Shown: piece after piece, positions 35,595 through 39,168 of the stretch
How positions within the stretch are numbered: the first letter of the stretch is position 1
Layout of the letters: every line of letters begins with the position of its first letter
Origin: a virus
Taxonomy: Duplodnaviria; Caudoviricetes
Length of the DNA stretch: 39,168 nt
Reading direction: 5' to 3' (one strand)
Virus record (IMG/VR): IMGVR_UViG_3300020045_010087
Location: 1 to 39,168 of that record
Program-made: the position numbers and the translations under genes
Notes under the pieces: model-generated
The model's input: the letters and a program-made list of their open reading frames with translations, nothing else
Databases searched by the model: none
Told to the model about the DNA's origin: nothing

Positions 35595-36215
35595 GTAGCT
35601 GAAGAGACGATGACTCTTAAAACATCGGGTAGGTAACTAGACCGTAAAGCATTTGTGGTGGTCTAGTTGTCCGAAAGGACGGCTGGCCTACCAGAGATGC
35701 TTTTTCTTTTGTCTCAACTAATTTGTTCTTTAACAATTTCGCTAATGAGTATCACGTCTGGTGAGTGGGATTAAGAATCCGCAATCGGGCAGTTATTCAT
35801 TGATGGGGGTAAGCTAGAGGATAATCGCCTCTAGGAGAAAAAAATCGTGAAGCTTTGGAACGTGACCAGACTTCATCCGTCCCCACCAGTGAATTACGCG
35901 TCGCCGATAATTTTTAATCCCCGAAGTCGCCGCTGACCGTATGTGGTTCTTTGAAAGGTCATTGGTTCAATCCCAACCAGTATTAATAAATACTGTAGGA
36001 CCGTTCCTCGCTTGGTAGTCCAAAGGTCTAAGAAACCACAATAGAATGCGAGGATAACTATTGTGGCGACCTCTCAAACAATCACAGAAACGGAAGTACG
36101 GTAAGTCTGGTTCACTAGACCCTTTCCCCCCTTAGATACAGGTTATTGAAATTGTAAAAGTGTAATAAATATAAACCTCAAACGTCCTTAAGAGAAAAAG
36201 GAAAGGGGGGAAAAG
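35595..36215 (+). ncRNA. Candidate large structured RNA/leader (~620 nt), family unassigned
   Basis: No ORF of 60 aa or more; four nested stem domains; GNRA and T-loop-like hairpins; boxA-like motifs. Confidence 0.55.
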
Positions 36216-36239
36216 TATTCAAAATGGAATTAACCGCTC

Positions 36240-36512
36240 ATGATTTCTTGTTTTTACTGTAAACATCCATTGACTGAAGAACAGGTTACAATGGACCATG
36301 TAAACGCTCGGTGTCGTTATTCGGATAAGATAAAGAAGGATAGGCGTAATGGTAGACGAGTGATATGTTGCTGGCCATGTAATCAGGCAAAAGGTAATCT
36401 TTTTTTAGATGAATTCGCCAAGACGTTGTACTACGATATTTATTGTTCTGGTAAAGAAAAGCTTTTTATTGATTCTAGGAGATTTGACTATAGAAGTTAT
36501 CCACTAGATTAG
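36240..36512 (+). CDS. HNH endonuclease
   Basis: CFYC...TMDHV...CCWPCNQAKG. Confidence 0.85.
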   Translation: MISCFYCKHPLTEEQVTMDHVNARCRYSDKIKKDRRNGRRVICCWPCNQAKGNLFLDEFAKTLYYDIYCSGKEKLFIDSRRFDYRSYPLD

Positions 36513-36525
36513 GCTTAGTCGGTGC

Positions 36526-36554
36526 TTGACAACAAGTTGTTTGTTTGCAATACT
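36526..36554 (+). promoter_or_regulatory. Sigma70 promoter TTGACA-N17-AATACT with perfect CAACAAGTTG palindrome; leaderless
   Basis: ATG 36561 is 6 nt after the -10 element. Confidence 0.7.
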
Positions 36555-36560
36555 GATTCT

Positions 36561-36767
36561 ATGAATAAATTAGTTTTAGAAGAACAAGCATTGAGTTTCC
36601 GTTTATCTGATGTATATAAGTGGGCTTTTGGATATTGTATTACCTGTAAAAATACAGGTGTGTATCAGGTATCTAACGGCGCTGATGATTTCGATTGGAG
36701 TGCCTGTGAATGTGGTTTAAAGCCACTGTATAAATCGAGAGAGAAGTATTTAGAATTAACCATTTAA
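36561..36767 (+). CDS. Small Zn-binding protein
   Basis: CITCKNTG...CECG; start moved to ATG 36561. Confidence 0.65.
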   Translation: MNKLVLEEQALSFRLSDVYKWAFGYCITCKNTGVYQVSNGADDFDWSACECGLKPLYKSREKYLELTI

Positions 36768-36774
36768 CCCTACT

Positions 36775-36939
36775 ATGGATAAAGAAATTCGCAGCAAGAA
36801 AGATTCTGATTTTCGACTCATTGAAGCCGATGAAATGGCTGGTGTTGAAGACTATGAACCATTACGACCGTCGCCTCTCGATGTGTATGGACCAGATGAA
36901 TTAGGTATGCGTTCAAGTAGAAAAGAATACGACGAGTAA
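36775..36939 (+). CDS. 54-aa acidic hypothetical protein
   Basis: MDKEIRSKKDSDF...EYDE (read by hand). Confidence 0.55.
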   Translation: MDKEIRSKKDSDFRLIEADEMAGVEDYEPLRPSPLDVYGPDELGMRSSRKEYDE

Positions 36940-36941
36940 TT

Positions 36942-37100
36942 ATGAACTACAGAGAGCTTGTTAGGAGGGCTTATGGCGATAAAAGATTCACCAGTAAGAT
37001 AACTGGCGAAGACTTGGAGCGACTACGAAAGAAACTACCGGCACAACCATTTAATAAGCCGAGGATAAAAAACAATGACGCTGGAAAACTTGCTCGATAA
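36942..37100 (+). CDS. 52-aa basic hypothetical protein
   Basis: MNYRELVRRAYGD... (read by hand). Confidence 0.5.
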   Translation: MNYRELVRRAYGDKRFTSKITGEDLERLRKKLPAQPFNKPRIKNNDAGKLAR

Positions 37101-37758
37101 TTTCATAACCGAGAAGGTGCGTGAAGAGTATGAGGCTGACCGCGCCTTGCATATTAGTAGCGGCAAGCTATCGGCTTCTATGCTTGGCTGGCCACTTCAG
37201 TGGCAGGTATTAAAGTTGCTCGGCGCTAAAGAAAAGCCAATCGATGACTATACGCTGCGTAAGTTTATTCGTGGTAAGCAGGTAGAAGACTGGTTAGTTG
37301 CCAAGTTCGCTGACCAACCAATCATGGTATCTACGCAAGAAAAAGTAGAGTATAGGAATTGTGTGGGTATTATCGACCTGCTCATCCAAGACACTAGTTA
37401 TGGTTTCTTACCCATTGAAATCAAGTCGGTGAGTAACATGAAGTTTAAAAGGGTAGATAGGGAGGGTCCCGACCGTTCTCACGCCCTCCAGGGGGCATTT
37501 TACGCGATTGCTAAGGGTTTACAGCACTTTATGATAGCCTATGTGTCCACAGATGACCTACGAGTGAAGGAGTTTGTGTATGATACGAGTCGCTGGCAAG
37601 ATGAAGTTGACCGTATTATCTCTCTGTTTGAGAACACCTATCCAGCAGTACCGCCATTTCAAGCAGTAGAGAAGTGGTGGACTGACCCGAAGTACAATAA
37701 ATATCCGCAGTATACCAATTTGACCGAAGAGCAATTAAAACAAAAAACCGCTGATTAG
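37075..37758 (+). CDS. Cas4-like/PD-(D/E)XK exonuclease
   Basis: LSASMLG, F.RG, GIIDLL, IEIKS, HALQGAFY. Confidence 0.85.
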   Translation: MTLENLLDNFITEKVREEYEADRALHISSGKLSASMLGWPLQWQVLKLLGAKEKPIDDYTLRKFIRGKQVEDWLVAKFADQPIMVSTQEKVEYRNCVGIIDLLIQDTSYGFLPIEIKSVSNMKFKRVDREGPDRSHALQGAFYAIAKGLQHFMIAYVSTDDLRVKEFVYDTSRWQDEVDRIISLFENTYPAVPPFQAVEKWWTDPKYNKYPQYTNLTEEQLKQKTAD

Positions 37759-37766
37759 GCGGTTTT
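37744..37766. terminator. Bidirectional intrinsic terminator
   Basis: AAAACCGCT-GATTA-GGCGGTTTT between convergent genes. Confidence 0.75.
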
Positions 37767-37782
37767 CTTGTATTGTCTTTAT

Positions 37783-37947
37783 TTAGACAACGATATAGAG
37801 CCAGGTGCAGAAGGCAATAAGAATAGCGATACCAAGAGTAATAACCCAGGGGCGATATTCTTTGTGCGTTTTGTCTATTACTTCGCCATCGTACATATCA
37901 AAATCATAGACTTCGCGGACGAATGGTGAGAGGTTTTTATGTGCCAT
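37783..37947 (-). CDS. 54-aa protein with C-terminal TM helix
   Basis: MAHKNLSPF...WVITLGIAILIAFCTWLYIVV. Confidence 0.6.
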   Translation of the reverse strand: MAHKNLSPFVREVYDFDMYDGEVIDKTHKEYRPWVITLGIAILIAFCTWLYIVV

Positions 37948-37957
37948 AGGTGATTGG

Positions 37958-38077
37958 TTATATTTCTTTTAACTGGTTGCTGCATACAGGGCAGACTGGA
38001 TAGTCAACAAGTAAATCAACGGGTGCTTCGACAATAAAATCGCAGTGAGTACAGAGTAACAATACTAGGGTTGTCAT
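37958..38077 (-). CDS. 39-aa Zn-ribbon microprotein
   Basis: MTTLVLLLCTHC...CPVCS. Confidence 0.6.
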   Translation of the reverse strand: MTTLVLLLCTHCDFIVEAPVDLLVDYPVCPVCSNQLKEI

Positions 38078-38159
38078 GTGTGATTGATTAAGTAACTCGA
38101 CCTTTTTGATGCTTGTGTTATACTTACTGTAAGTACCGCACAAATCTTTTAATATCTTA

Positions 38160-38188
38160 ACTCTAGTCTAGTAGCAACTAGTTGTCAA
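38160..38188 (-). promoter_or_regulatory. Sigma70 promoter TTGACA-N17-TAGAGT with perfect CAACTAGTTG palindrome
   Basis: Read directly. Confidence 0.7.
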
Positions 38189-38222
38189 TAATATACTGTT
38201 AATAACTAATTAAGTACAACCT

Positions 38223-38450
38223 ATGGCATATCTAGCAATAGTCTTAGCATTCTGTACTGGCTACTTATTAGCGATAAAACTCGATATTGTTGAGGATGAG
38301 CTTAAAAACATAGGCTCTAAAATGCCCTATAACAAGAGTTTACCTAGTCTTCGGGTACTCACTAAGGCTAAACCAAGCACAGAGAAAGAAAAAGAATTTG
38401 AACTGCTGGAAAAGGGATTTACTACACCAGACGATAAGAGCTTTGAATAA
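38223..38450 (+). CDS. Small membrane-anchored protein
   Basis: N-terminal TM helix; precedes terS. Confidence 0.65.
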   Translation: MAYLAIVLAFCTGYLLAIKLDIVEDELKNIGSKMPYNKSLPSLRVLTKAKPSTEKEKEFELLEKGFTTPDDKSFE

Positions 38451-38453
38451 AAT

Positions 38454-38909
38454 ATGAAAACTATACAGCAACTAAAAAGCGAGAGAAAGCAAAGAATGTT
38501 CGCTCACGAATATGTTAAGAATGGCTTAAACGGTGCCGCTGCTGTAAGGGCTATTGGTAGTAAAGCTGTAGCGTTGTCAACACAGTCTGTAATGGCTGGA
38601 GAGTACTTAAATAAACCTTACGTGCAACGTACTGTACATGAACTACTCAAGGAGAAGCTAGGAGAGGATGGTATAGCTAATATACATAAACGTAACTTAA
38701 AACAGTCTAGGAATATAAGTGCTAGTAATACAGCTCTAGACATGTACTACAAGCTAGAGGGTAGTTATAGTCCAGACAAGTCTATTACCGTACAAGTAAA
38801 GTACAGTAAAGAACAAGTAGAGGAACAGTTAAAGCTCTTACAAGACCAGTTAAGTACGTTACAGTCCTTACAAGACAAGTCTAGTACAGACCATACTAGT
38901 ACAGTATAG
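38454..38909 (+). CDS. terS: Terminase small subunit
   Basis: KQRMFAHEYVKNGLNGAAAVRA...A...L.KP.V HTH signature; ALDMYYKL.G.Y. Confidence 0.85.
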   Translation: MKTIQQLKSERKQRMFAHEYVKNGLNGAAAVRAIGSKAVALSTQSVMAGEYLNKPYVQRTVHELLKEKLGEDGIANIHKRNLKQSRNISASNTALDMYYKLEGSYSPDKSITVQVKYSKEQVEEQLKLLQDQLSTLQSLQDKSSTDHTSTV

Positions 38910-38962
38910 CACTATACTAGTACTACTCTATACTAGTCTATACTGTACTAGTACTATACTAG
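38881..38962. repeat. Degenerate tandem (TATA)CTAGT(AC) repeats at the terS 3' end
   Basis: About six CTAG-centred units within ~80 nt. Confidence 0.7.
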
Positions 38963-39047
38963 ATTGCATGGTGCGTACGCGCTATTATAAGAGCATGTAT
39001 GCAATTGAGCCTAAGACCACAATAAACCATACAAGACAACAAATAGT

Positions 39048-39167
39048 AATAGCTAGGCAGAGCATATCGGGTTCGCCAGTGATTTTAACGCCATCGAGGA
39101 AGTGCGGTTTCACCGGCTGCTCCTTGAGCGAGATAGGGGTGTTCTGATACTCGGCAAGGAAGGCATA
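39048..39167 (-). other. Inverted fragment resembling a terminase large subunit (ATPase-nuclease linker)
   Basis: YAFLAEYQNTP...DMLCLAI, the AFxxEYQNxP motif leading toward the expected LAIDP nuclease motif; similarity breaks at ~39048. Confidence 0.55.
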
Positions 39168-39168
39168 C

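Larger units (their letters stand above)
1..39168. mobile_element. Tailed dsDNA bacteriophage (podovirus-type morphogenesis), near-complete genome lacking an intact terL
   Basis: Portal-scaffold-MCP-decoration-adaptor-nozzle-ejection gene order; holin/M23 endolysin, RusA, HNHs, TerS; no host housekeeping genes; no tape measure or tail tube recognised. Confidence 0.95.

Noticed and set aside
35599-35623. Hammerhead ribozyme core (CTGAAGA)
   Set aside because: The following stem is not followed by the required GAAA and no matching stems I/III were found
35962-35976. tRNA gene suggested by GGTTCAATCCC
   Set aside because: Only a T-loop-like hairpin; no acceptor, D or anticodon arms could be built
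37075-37758. Cas4-like nuclease as part of a CRISPR-Cas system
   Set aside because: No array or other cas genes; solo Cas4-like exonucleases are common phage recombination proteins
1-39168. Stop-codon reassignment (code 15 or 25)
   Set aside because: Genes are full-length and densely packed in code 11; TAA, TAG and TGA all end genes at clean junctions, including ATGA overlaps

Overview
This window looks like a nearly complete (~39 kb) tailed-phage genome with a podovirus-type (P22/T7-like) virion module. The rightward arm encodes a 5'-truncated portal, scaffold, major capsid, decoration proteins, fibre/appendage proteins, adaptor, nozzle and two ejection-type proteins. The leftward arm carries glycosyltransferases, a lysis cassette, RusA, a C5 DNA methylase and many microproteins. 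A right-hand block holds a secreted lysozyme-like protein, a ~620-nt structured non-coding region, HNH, a Cas4-like nuclease and TerS. No integrase, repressor, polymerase, primase or helicase is recognisable. An intact terL is missing; an inverted terL-like fragment sits at the contig end. A-rich non-SD or leaderless starts and TGTG-extended -10 promoters suggest a Patescibacteria (CPR)-like host (inference). The most notable signal is a candidate phage-encoded mucin-type O-glycosylation system. Four late proteins carry almost pure Ser/Thr tracts of 42-242 residues, three of them ending in a shared PIL[DR]I tail. The same genome encodes a polypeptide-GalNAc-transferase-like enzyme (DxH motif), GT2 and GT4 enzymes, a nucleotide-sugar dehydrogenase, an amidating ATP-pyrophosphatase and three SAM methyltransferases. 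Other highlights are a nested antisense membrane microprotein with its own promoter inside the ejection gene, a CAAC-N2-GTTG palindrome shared by five promoters, a large structured RNA with boxA-like motifs, and a microprotein island with strong SD sites. All product calls come from motif recognition by eye; no searches were run.
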